Part shown: positions 18,494 to 26,549 of the stretch, in pieces
Layout: each line of letters starts with the position of its first letter
Position numbering within the stretch: the stretch's first letter is position 1
Assembly (NCBI GenBank): GCA_016705695.1
Contig: JADJLA010000008.1
Span: 2,089-66,088, forward strand
Reading direction: 5' to 3'
DNA: 64,000 bases
Source: Sphingobacteriaceae bacterium
GTDB taxonomy: Bacteria > Bacteroidota > Bacteroidia > B-17B0 > Aurantibacillaceae
Notes under the pieces: generated by a model
The model's database searches: none
Told to the model about the DNA's origin: nothing
Seen by the model: the letters and a program-made list of their open reading frames with translations, nothing else
Program-made: the position numbers and the translations under genes

Positions 18494-21262
18494 ATGAGTG
18501 AACGAATACTTCGAGCCCTGATGCAGATGTTCGCGATTATCGCGAAAGTTGATGGTATAAACAATACCGGAAGACTTATTGTGGAGTCGTTTTTAAAGCA
18601 GCAGTTAAGCCAGGAGCAAGTTGAAACGTATCTTAAGATATTTGATGAGTACCTAGAGACTCACCAGGCTGCAAGCAAAAAGAAAGATGGAAACTCTAAG
18701 CGTACTTCACTTAACTCAGTAAAAATATTAAAGATCTGTACTCAGGTTAACGAGGAACTTGTTCAAACACAAAAAGTGATCGTGCTAATTCGTTTGCTTG
18801 AATTTATTTATTCAAGTAATGAGATCAGTGAGCAAGAGTATGAGTTCGTTACTACAGTTGCTGAAACCTTTAATATACCTAATACTGAATTTTTAGCATT
18901 AAAAACATTTGTTGAAGAAGCGGGTTCTACAATCCCTAATAGCCCTGATATCCTTGTTATCAATAACAAGGAAGGCGGTTATGGAAATCAAACTAAGCAT
19001 ATTTTCTGCGAGCCTTTAACCGAAGATATTCGCATCATACAGATACATAGTGTTGCAATGTATGCAATGCGTATTTACGGTAAGCTAGAATTGCAATTGA
19101 ACGGACAGCTTGTTTCAAAAGAGCGCGTACACATTTTGATCCCGGGTTCTTCTATCCGTTCTTCAAAAATAAAACCTATTTATTACAGTGATGTCATCAG
19201 TAAATTCTTAAGTGATGAGTCGCAAGCAAAGATCACATTCCAGGTTACAGGATTAGAATATAAATTCAAAGGCGGAAAATTAGGTTTACGTGATGTGAAC
19301 ATTAGCGAAGAGAGTGGAAAGCTAATTGGTATCATGGGAGGTTCGGGTGCCGGTAAATCAACTTTATTGAACGTTTTGAATAGCCAGGAAATACCTAGCG
19401 GAGGTTCAGTTAAAATCAATGGCATCAATATTCATACAGAGCAAGATAAAATTGAAGGTGTAATTGGTCATGTTAGCCAAGATGACCTTTTGATCGAGGA
19501 GTTAACGGTATTCCAAAACTTATTTTACAATGCTAAATTATGTTTCGGAAATTTCACAGATGAAGAGATCACCAAAAAATGTAATGAGTTATTAGCCGAT
19601 ATTGGTTTAAGTGAAACTGTTCATTTAAAAGTTGGTTCACCTCTTGAAAAAACAATTTCAGGTGGTCAGCGTAAACGTTTGAATATTTCATTAGAATTAA
19701 TTCGTGAGCCTTCGGTGTTGTTTGTGGATGAGCCGACTTCGGGTTTATCATCACGTGATTCTGAGAACATCATGGACCTTTTAAAAGAACTAGCTCTAAA
19801 GGGTAAATTGATATTTGTGGTTATCCATCAACCATCATCCGACATTTACAAAATGTTTGATAAGTTGATGATATTAGACGTTGGCGGCTACCCAATTTAT
19901 TACGGAAACCCGGTTGACGCTGTAAGTTACTTTAAACGTTTAGTGAATCATGTAAACGCTGAAGAAGCAGAATGCTGGAATTGCGGTAACGTAAATCCAG
20001 AACAAATTTTCAATATCATTGAAAGTAAGGTATTAGATGAGTACGGTAATTTAACGCATATACGTAAAATGCGTCCTGCCGATTGGAATAAACATTACAA
20101 AGAGATCATTGAGAAAAACATACACTCCGACAAAAAGATCACTGATATCCCGGAGAGTATTTTCAAGGTTCCTAATATTTTAAAACAGTTCAAAGTATTT
20201 ATTACGCGTGACGTAAAAAGTAAACTCACCAATACTCAGTATTTGATGATCAACTTTATTGAAGCGCCTTTATTGGCTTTCATTTTGGCATTCTTGGTAA
20301 GATACTTCAATACCGATGATATCAATTCAAAAGGTTATTTGTTTAGTGAGAACGAGAACATTCCGGCTTATATGTTTATGTCGGTTGTAGTTGCTTTGTT
20401 CATTGGCTTAACGGTGAGTGCTGAAGAGATCATTCGTGACAGAAAGATCCGTAAGCGTGAGTCGTTCTTGAATTTAAGTAAAGGAAGTTATTTATGGAGC
20501 AAGATCATTATCATGTTCGTGCTTTCGGCTTTTCAAACATTTACTTTTGTGTTGGTAGGTAATTATGTGTTAGGCGTAAAGGGAATGTATATGGATTATT
20601 GGTTGATCCTTTTCTCTACATCGTGTTTTGCGAATATGTTGGGCTTGAATATTTCATCGGCCTTTAATAGCGCGGTTACTATTTATATCTTAATTCCATT
20701 CTTGATCATCCCACAATTATTATTGGCGGGTGTGGTTGTGAAGTTTGATAAATTAAATCCTACGTTAGCAAAACAAGGTGGTGTGCCGGTTGCAGGTGAG
20801 ATTATGGCTAGTCGTTGGGCATTTGAAGCATTGGCAGTGAATCAATACAAGGAAAATAAATTCGAGAGGAGTTTTTACAAGTATGATAAGAGTATAAGTA
20901 TAGCTCAGTATAAAAATAACTACTGGAGACAAAAATTAGAGAACAAATTTGTTCAAATTGAGAATCAGCAAAAGCTTGGTAAATCTTTAAAGGAATTATC
21001 TATTGATATTCAGTTGATCCATGATGAGATCCAAAAAGAGCAAAAGGTAGCTACCAAATTTAAATGCGAAGTAATTGATAAGATCAACGTAGAAAATTAT
21101 GGCCCGGAAGTAATTAAAGGTATAAAGACTTATTTAGATAAATTAAAGGCATATTACATCAATGTAGAAAACACTGCAAGGAACAAATACGATGAAACCG
21201 CTTTAAAAATGCAAAAAACGGATGAGGAGCGCAGCCTTTGTGAAGTTGAGAGAAGATTATGA
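18494..21262 (+). CDS. TerB-like domain / ABCG-type ATPase / ABC-2 permease fusion protein, main part (frame broken near 21213-21240)
   Basis: N-terminal TerB-like repeats, Walker A GGSGAGKST, signature SGGQRKRLNISLEL, Walker B LFVDEPTSGL, then about 6 TM helices. The reading frame continues in the +1 frame ORF 21222-21566. Confidence 0.85.
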   Translation: MSERILRALMQMFAIIAKVDGINNTGRLIVESFLKQQLSQEQVETYLKIFDEYLETHQAASKKKDGNSKRTSLNSVKILKICTQVNEELVQTQKVIVLIRLLEFIYSSNEISEQEYEFVTTVAETFNIPNTEFLALKTFVEEAGSTIPNSPDILVINNKEGGYGNQTKHIFCEPLTEDIRIIQIHSVAMYAMRIYGKLELQLNGQLVSKERVHILIPGSSIRSSKIKPIYYSDVISKFLSDESQAKITFQVTGLEYKFKGGKLGLRDVNISEESGKLIGIMGGSGAGKSTLLNVLNSQEIPSGGSVKINGINIHTEQDKIEGVIGHVSQDDLLIEELTVFQNLFYNAKLCFGNFTDEEITKKCNELLADIGLSETVHLKVGSPLEKTISGGQRKRLNISLELIREPSVLFVDEPTSGLSSRDSENIMDLLKELALKGKLIFVVIHQPSSDIYKMFDKLMILDVGGYPIYYGNPVDAVSYFKRLVNHVNAEEAECWNCGNVNPEQIFNIIESKVLDEYGNLTHIRKMRPADWNKHYKEIIEKNIHSDKKITDIPESIFKVPNILKQFKVFITRDVKSKLTNTQYLMINFIEAPLLAFILAFLVRYFNTDDINSKGYLFSENENIPAYMFMSVVVALFIGLTVSAEEIIRDRKIRKRESFLNLSKGSYLWSKIIIMFVLSAFQTFTFVLVGNYVLGVKGMYMDYWLILFSTSCFANMLGLNISSAFNSAVTIYILIPFLIIPQLLLAGVVVKFDKLNPTLAKQGGVPVAGEIMASRWAFEALAVNQYKENKFERSFYKYDKSISIAQYKNNYWRQKLENKFVQIENQQKLGKSLKELSIDIQLIHDEIQKEQKVATKFKCEVIDKINVENYGPEVIKGIKTYLDKLKAYYINVENTARNKYDETALKMQKTDEERSLCEVERRL

Positions 21263-21566
21263 GAACGTTGCCTTGGCTAACATGGTTAAGAATGCCAACG
21301 ACATAAGCGGAGAGAAGAGTTTAGAAAAAGACGGCAAGTTGATCCAACAAAGCGATCCGGTATTCTTAGACCCAACAGACAGGCTTGGTAGAGCTCAGTT
21401 TTTTGCACCACGTAAGAATATGTTTGGTAATTTAATTCCAACCTTCTGGTTCAATATTGGAGTTATTTGGACAATGAGCTTAGTGCTTATGGTTACCTTA
21501 TACTTTGATGTATTTAAAAAGGTATTGGATTTCTTAGGAAATATTCAGTTCAAGAAGAAATCTTAA
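21222..21566 (+). CDS. C-terminal fragment of the TerB-ABCG transporter (coiled region plus final TM helix)
   Basis: Open from 21207 in the +1 frame relative to 18494-21262 and overlaps it by about 55 nt. No independent start context. Ends in a hydrophobic helix. Confidence 0.7.
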   Translation: MRSAAFVKLREDYENVALANMVKNANDISGEKSLEKDGKLIQQSDPVFLDPTDRLGRAQFFAPRKNMFGNLIPTFWFNIGVIWTMSLVLMVTLYFDVFKKVLDFLGNIQFKKKS

Positions 21567-21587
21567 TATTGGAATGACAACGAATTG

Positions 21588-21616
21588 AAAAGGCCGAATG
21601 AAAGTTCGGCCTTTTT
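21588..21616. terminator. bidirectional terminator between the convergent ABC gene and nadB
   Basis: aaaaggccgaa-tgaaagt-tcggcctttt, with A and T runs on both sides. Confidence 0.75.
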
Positions 21617-21638
21617 ATTTTATAATTCTCAGAATTTA

Positions 21639-23219
21639 CTAGGTAGTCTTCAGGGGCTTAGCATCAAACTTCTTAGCCATATAATGTAAGCCCACACTTT
21701 CCTTTCTTTTCATGGCGTGTTTAATGATGAGGTAACTTACGCAAATGATATTGCGCAATTCGCCGAGCTCTTGAGATAAAATAGTTTTATCGTAAAGTGT
21801 TTCGTTCTCTTTGTAAAGGATCTCTAAGCGGTCAAAAGCGCGTTTTAAACGTAATTCGCTGCGCACAATACCAACGTAATTACTCATGATCTGTTGTACT
21901 TCCTTTTTTGATTGGGTAATTAAGATCATTTCTTCCGGGTGTTCTGTTCCTTCAGCATTCCAGTTAGGTATATTTTCTTTCAATGATATTTTCGTAAAGG
22001 TATTTGTCGCATGTTCAAAAGCACGATGAGAGAATACAAGCGCTTCTAAAAGTGAATTACTCGCCAAGCGATTCGCCCCGTGCAATCCACTGCAGGCGCA
22101 TTCGCCAATGGCGTATAATTGATCAATGGTTGACCGTCCAAATTCATCAATGATTATCCCTCCGCATAAGTAATGTTGTGCAGGAACAACCGGGATCATT
22201 TTAATGAAGGGATCAATTCCTAAATTAATGCACTTGTTGTAAATATTAGGGAAGTGCTCAATAAATCCTTTTCTATCCAAATGCCTGCAATCTAAGTATA
22301 CAAAATCTTCCCCGCTAATTTTCATCTCGTTGTCAATGGCGCGTGCTACAATATCGCGTGGAGCTAATGAACCGCGTGAATCATAGCGCCCCATGAATTC
22401 CTCACCGTTTTGATTTTTTAATACAGCACCAAAACCACGCATGGCCTCACTAATTAAAAAACTTGGATGTTCTTCTGGTTTGTAAAGAGAGGTAGGGTGA
22501 AACTGTACAAATTCCATGTCTTTTATATGTCCCTTTGCGCGATACACCATAGCAATTCCATCTCCTGTTGCAATGGTTGGATTGGTGGTGGTTGCATAAA
22601 CATTTCCTGCACCACCTGTAGCCATGATGGTGATCTTTGAAAGCACAGTATCAATATGTCCGTTGCGCGTGTTTAAAATATAGGCGCCAAAACATGTAAT
22701 ACCGGGTGTTTTTGAAGTTACAAGCTCGCCTAAATGATGCTGAGTTATAATATCGATCGCATAGTAATGATCATAAACGGTGATGTTTGGATCTTTGTTT
22801 ATTTTATTCAAAAGCGCGCGTTCAATTTCGTATCCTGTAATATCTTTATGATGCAAAATGCGATTTTCTGAATGACCTCCTTCTTTTGCAAGATCGTATT
22901 CGCCGTTTTGATTTTTATCAAATTTAGTTCCTAGTTCGATCAATTCTTGTACGCGAGCAGTGCCCTCGGTTACTACCATTCTCACGATCTTTTCGTCGCA
23001 CAAACCTGCACCGGCGATCAAAGTATCTTGAACATGTTTTTCTACAGTGTCTCCATCATGCCAAACGGCCGCAATTCCTCCTTGGGCATACTTGGTATTG
23101 CTTTCATCTTGATTGCTTTTGGTAATTAGGATCACTTTACCCTTTTGAGCGGCTTTTAAAGCAAAGCTCAAGCCGGCAATACCCGAACCAATAACAAGAA
23201 AATCTGTTTTTATTTGCAT
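21639..23219 (-). CDS. nadB: L-aspartate oxidase
   Basis: 526 aa. FAD-binding GSGIAGLS N-terminus and succinate dehydrogenase/fumarate reductase flavoprotein fold with the NadB-type C-terminus. Confidence 0.9.
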   Translation of the reverse strand: MQIKTDFLVIGSGIAGLSFALKAAQKGKVILITKSNQDESNTKYAQGGIAAVWHDGDTVEKHVQDTLIAGAGLCDEKIVRMVVTEGTARVQELIELGTKFDKNQNGEYDLAKEGGHSENRILHHKDITGYEIERALLNKINKDPNITVYDHYYAIDIITQHHLGELVTSKTPGITCFGAYILNTRNGHIDTVLSKITIMATGGAGNVYATTTNPTIATGDGIAMVYRAKGHIKDMEFVQFHPTSLYKPEEHPSFLISEAMRGFGAVLKNQNGEEFMGRYDSRGSLAPRDIVARAIDNEMKISGEDFVYLDCRHLDRKGFIEHFPNIYNKCINLGIDPFIKMIPVVPAQHYLCGGIIIDEFGRSTIDQLYAIGECACSGLHGANRLASNSLLEALVFSHRAFEHATNTFTKISLKENIPNWNAEGTEHPEEMILITQSKKEVQQIMSNYVGIVRSELRLKRAFDRLEILYKENETLYDKTILSQELGELRNIICVSYLIIKHAMKRKESVGLHYMAKKFDAKPLKTT

Positions 23220-23236
23220 GAATCTAAAACTTTAAA

Positions 23237-23244
23237 CAAATTTA
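23237..23244 (-). promoter_or_regulatory. candidate -7 box (TAaaTTTG) for nadB
   Basis: Exact TAnnTTTG on the minus strand, about 17 nt upstream of the nadB ATG. Confidence 0.45.
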
Positions 23245-23268
23245 ATCAAAATATCCCTTTTTGCTTCG

Positions 23269-23276
23269 TATTTTTG
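23269..23276 (+). promoter_or_regulatory. candidate -7 box (TAttTTTG) for the NifU-like gene
   Basis: Exact TAnnTTTG, 15 nt upstream of the ATG at 23292. Divergent from the nadB box. Confidence 0.45.
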
Positions 23277-23291
23277 TAGCTATAAAAGATC

Positions 23292-23915
23292 ATGAATTTA
23301 CAAGAAATACCTTTTATTATATACGCTGAGGAAACCCCAAATCCGGGCAGTCTTAAATTTGTGGCTAATAAATTGCTTATAGTTAGTGGCGCAACAGCCG
23401 AATATCAATCGGCTAACGAAACTAAAGATGCACCCATTGCGCAAGCTTTGTTTAATTTCCCTTTTGTGAAACGCGTTTTTATTTCTTCTAATTTTATTTC
23501 GATCGCAAAAATAGATGCTGTAGAGTGGGAAGAAATAAGAGATGAGCTTCGCGTATTCATTACTGATTACTTGAACAAAGGAAATGCGGTGGTAAATAAA
23601 TTGCCACAAAAAGAAGTGGCAAAAGACAATACATTCCAAGAAACGGTGAGTGTAAACACACAACACGTTGCCCCAAAAAATGATATTGAGAATAAAATTA
23701 TTGAGGTATTAGAACAATATATTCGCCCTGCTGTTGAACAGGATGGAGGGTTGATCACATTCAAAGAATTAAAAGACGGTATTGTTACCGTTCAAATGCG
23801 TGGAAGTTGCAGTGGTTGCCCAAGTAGCACGATGACATTAAAAGCGGGCATAGAAGCTTTATTGAAACGTTTGCTTCCAAATGATGTGAAGGAAGTTGTA
23901 AGTGAGGCTTTATAG
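23292..23915 (+). CDS. NifU/Nfu-type Fe-S cluster scaffold protein (Nfu_N + NifU C-terminal domain)
   Basis: 207 aa. N-terminal Nfu_N-like domain and C-terminal CSGCPSS motif. The TAG stop is formed at the junction with a repeat element. Confidence 0.8.
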   Translation: MNLQEIPFIIYAEETPNPGSLKFVANKLLIVSGATAEYQSANETKDAPIAQALFNFPFVKRVFISSNFISIAKIDAVEWEEIRDELRVFITDYLNKGNAVVNKLPQKEVAKDNTFQETVSVNTQHVAPKNDIENKIIEVLEQYIRPAVEQDGGLITFKELKDGIVTVQMRGSCSGCPSSTMTLKAGIEALLKRLLPNDVKEVVSEAL

Positions 23916-24159
23916 AGGCAGAAACCGCAAAGCGGTCTTCAACCTTCGCAAAGGATACGCAAAGAACACAAAGATCAGCTAACCACAAAAAAATAAAGGA
24001 GGCAAAGAAACTACGCTTTTCGCAAAGAGCTAAAGTTTATAAGAATCTCTTTGCGAGACCGAAGGTCTTTGCCTAGTTTTGAGTAATGGTGATAAAACTT
24101 AGCGCCCTTTGCGCCTACTTTGCGGAAAGCGCGAAGCGCCTTGGCGGTTTCTGTCTCTA
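23913..24159. mobile_element. MITE-like element R, copy 1 (about 243 bp plus TA/TA flanks)
   Basis: Termini gaggcagaaaccgcaaag ... (c)cttggcggtttctgtctc form an imperfect inverted repeat. Flanked by TA on both sides. Strongly similar to 26297-26544, especially the left about 60 bp and right about 110 bp. Full of cgcaaag/ctttgcg motifs. Confidence 0.8.
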
Positions 24160-24232
24160 ATTCCAAATAAAATGTTATTTTTATAACATCAAGATCAACT
24201 CCAAATACCTCTATCAAATTCTTGGGCCTTTA

Positions 24233-25189
24233 GTGGCTCTTATTTTTTGGCTATTCATTGATCTTGATCCAAAAAACCCAAACATAAGTTTAATGGCCGG
24301 AATTGCGCTTTGGATGGCCATTTGGTGGGTTACCGAAGCTGTGAGTTTGGCGGTTACTGCAATTGTTCCTGTATTAATGTTGCCGGTTTTAGGAATTGCC
24401 GAAGTAAAAGAGGTAGCACAGCAATATACCGATAGCATTATCTTTTTATTTTTTGGCGGATTTATGTTGGCCTTTGCCATTGAAAAATGGAATTTACATA
24501 AACGAATCGCTTTAAAAATATTATCCATTGTTGGGAAAAGTCCACGCACCGTTTTGTTGGGCACCATGATCTCTACTTTTTTAATTAGTAATTGGATAAG
24601 TAATACTGCCACAACAGTGATGTTATTTAGCGCTGTACTAGCACTCATTCATGAAACAAAACAATATTTGAAACACGATAAAGAAAAATTTGCTGCGGCG
24701 ATGTTATTAGGTTTAGCTTTTTCTGCAACTATTGGTGGAATGGCCACGCCTGTGGGAACTCCGCCGAACATGTATTTTTTTAAAGTATTTCGCGAAACGT
24801 ATGCGCAGGATTACGATTTTAATTTTTTAAAATGGAGCATGATAGGTTATCCTATTGCAGTTACGTTTTTAATTGTGTGTTATATTGTTTTGAGTAAATA
24901 TTTCATGAAGCATTTGAATTCATTTGAGATAGGTAGGGAATATTTTCGCGAGCAGTATAAAAAATTAGGCAAAATGGGTCCGGAAGAAAAATGGGTGTTT
25001 GGCATTTTTATTTCGTGTATTTTGTTATGGTTCTCAAGGGCAGATATTGACCTTGGAGTATTTAAGATCCATGGTTGGGCAAATTTATTCAAGGTTCCTA
25101 AATTCGTAGATGATTCGTTTGTAGCGTTGGCAGCTGCCATGTTGTTGTTTCTTATTCCTAGTAAAGTGAGAAAGGAAGTGCCCTTTTAG
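24233..25189 (+). CDS. DASS/SLC13-family anion:sodium symporter, N-terminal part (frame broken)
   Basis: WMAIWWVTEAV and IFLFFGGFMLA motifs typical of DASS permeases. The frame is open back to 24161 with no ATG. Continues in the -1 frame as 25231-25644. Confidence 0.8.
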   Translation: MALIFWLFIDLDPKNPNISLMAGIALWMAIWWVTEAVSLAVTAIVPVLMLPVLGIAEVKEVAQQYTDSIIFLFFGGFMLAFAIEKWNLHKRIALKILSIVGKSPRTVLLGTMISTFLISNWISNTATTVMLFSAVLALIHETKQYLKHDKEKFAAAMLLGLAFSATIGGMATPVGTPPNMYFFKVFRETYAQDYDFNFLKWSMIGYPIAVTFLIVCYIVLSKYFMKHLNSFEIGREYFREQYKKLGKMGPEEKWVFGIFISCILLWFSRADIDLGVFKIHGWANLFKVPKFVDDSFVALAAAMLLFLIPSKVRKEVPF

Positions 25190-25230
25190 AATGGGAAGAT
25201 GCAAAAAAGATCCGCTATGATATTATTTTA

Positions 25231-25644
25231 ATGTTTGGATCAGGTTTTGCTTTAGCTTATGGCTTTGAAGTTACGGGATTAAGTAATTGGTTAGCTAGTC
25301 AATTAATGGTACTAAAAGGCGTGCCCATTATATTTATTATTTTAGGTATTTGCTGCATTGTAACTGTTATTAGCGAATTCGCAAGTAATATTGCCAGTAT
25401 TCAATTGGCCATACCGGTAATGATGGCCTTGCAAAAAAATATTGACGTATCGCCTTTATTATTAATGATCCCGGCTACATTTGCATCTTCCATAGGTTTT
25501 ATGCTGCCTGTAGCTACAGCTGCCAATACCATTGTATTTGGAACAAAAATGATCCATACAAAAGATATGTTCAAAGTTGGTTTGATATTAGATATTTTAG
25601 GAATTTTAATCATAACTTTGATGTGTTATTTGTATTTAGCATAA
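25231..25644 (+). CDS. DASS/SLC13-family symporter, C-terminal part
   Basis: This frame is open from 25165 and reads [27 protein letters not shown], the conserved second hairpin region of DASS transporters. Confidence 0.8.
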   Translation: MFGSGFALAYGFEVTGLSNWLASQLMVLKGVPIIFIILGICCIVTVISEFASNIASIQLAIPVMMALQKNIDVSPLLLMIPATFASSIGFMLPVATAANTIVFGTKMIHTKDMFKVGLILDILGILIITLMCYLYLA

Positions 25645-25645
25645 T

Positions 25646-26299
25646 ATGATCGTAGCAAAACAAATTCATAAATCGTACGGCTCACTCGAAATATTAAAGG
25701 GAGTTGATCTTCATATTAATTCAGGTGAAGTGGTTTCTATTGTTGGTTCGTCGGGAGCAGGTAAAACTACTTTACTTACAATTTTGGGCACATTAGATCG
25801 TCCTGATTCGGGGCAAGTTTTAATTAACGGACAAAATGTTGTTGAGCTTAACGACAAAAAATTAGCGGCTTTCAGGAACGAGAACATAGGTTTTGTGTTT
25901 CAGTTCCATCATTTGCTTCCTGAATTCACAGCATTGGAAAACATTTGCATTCCTGCTTTCATAGCAAAAAAATCAAAGAAGGAATCAGAGGTTAGAGCTT
26001 TGGAGTTATTAGAATTATTTAATTTGAAAGATCGCGCTACGCATAAACCATCGGAGTTGAGTGGGGGAGAGCAACAACGTGTAGCGGTTGCGCGTGCTTT
26101 GATAAACAATCCAAAAGTTATTTTTGCCGACGAGCCAAGCGGGAACTTAGATAGTAAGAATGCAGATGAATTACATCAATTATTCTTTAAGCTTCGCGAT
26201 GAATTAAAACAAACCTTTGTTATTGTTACTCATAATAATGAACTGGCTAAAATGGCTGATCGTACTCTGGTGATGAAGGATGGAAGGATCTCTATTTAG
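25646..26299 (+). CDS. lolD: LolD-like lipoprotein-releasing ABC transporter ATP-binding protein
   Basis: 217 aa. Walker [10 protein letters not shown], signature [14 protein letters not shown], LolD-like [13 protein letters not shown] motif. The TAG stop is formed at the junction with a repeat element. Confidence 0.75.
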   Translation: MIVAKQIHKSYGSLEILKGVDLHINSGEVVSIVGSSGAGKTTLLTILGTLDRPDSGQVLINGQNVVELNDKKLAAFRNENIGFVFQFHHLLPEFTALENICIPAFIAKKSKKESEVRALELLELFNLKDRATHKPSELSGGEQQRVAVARALINNPKVIFADEPSGNLDSKNADELHQLFFKLRDELKQTFVIVTHNNELAKMADRTLVMKDGRISI

Positions 26300-26544
26300 A
26301 GGCAGAAACCGCAAAGCGGTCTTCGACCTTCGCAAAGATTTACGCAAAGAACGCAAAGGATCAACCAATCGCAGAAAATTTATTAAAGAAGGCTAAGAGC
26401 TGCGCTTTCGCAAAGTCCCGATAGCTATAGGGACTTTGTAAAACCGAAGGTCTTTGCCTTCTTTTGAGTAGTGGTGATAAAACTTAGCGTCCTTTGCGCC
26501 TACTTTGCGGAAAGCGCGAAGCGCCTTTGCGGTTTCTGCCTCTA
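26297..26544. mobile_element. MITE-like element R, copy 2 (about 244 bp plus TA/TA flanks)
   Basis: Perfect 18-bp terminal inverted repeat gaggcagaaaccgcaaag / ctttgcggtttctgcctc with TA on both flanks. Same orientation as copy 1. Internal hairpin gtcccgatagctatagggac. Confidence 0.8.
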
Positions 26545-26549
26545 ATACC

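Noticed and set aside
23298-23988. Three minus-strand ORFs overlapping the NifU-like gene
   Set aside because: They are antisense shadows of a well-supported plus-strand gene and the adjacent repeat.
24011-24648. Minus-strand ORFs 24011-24217 and 24214-24648
   Set aside because: The first reads through the MITE-like repeat, and the second is antisense to the DASS transporter. Neither has homology-like features.
23913-26544. Composite transposon carrying DASS + lolD
   Set aside because: There is no transposase, and the flanking elements are non-autonomous. Each shows its own TA duplication at a stop codon, which implies two independent insertions. The LolD-like gene is core metabolism.
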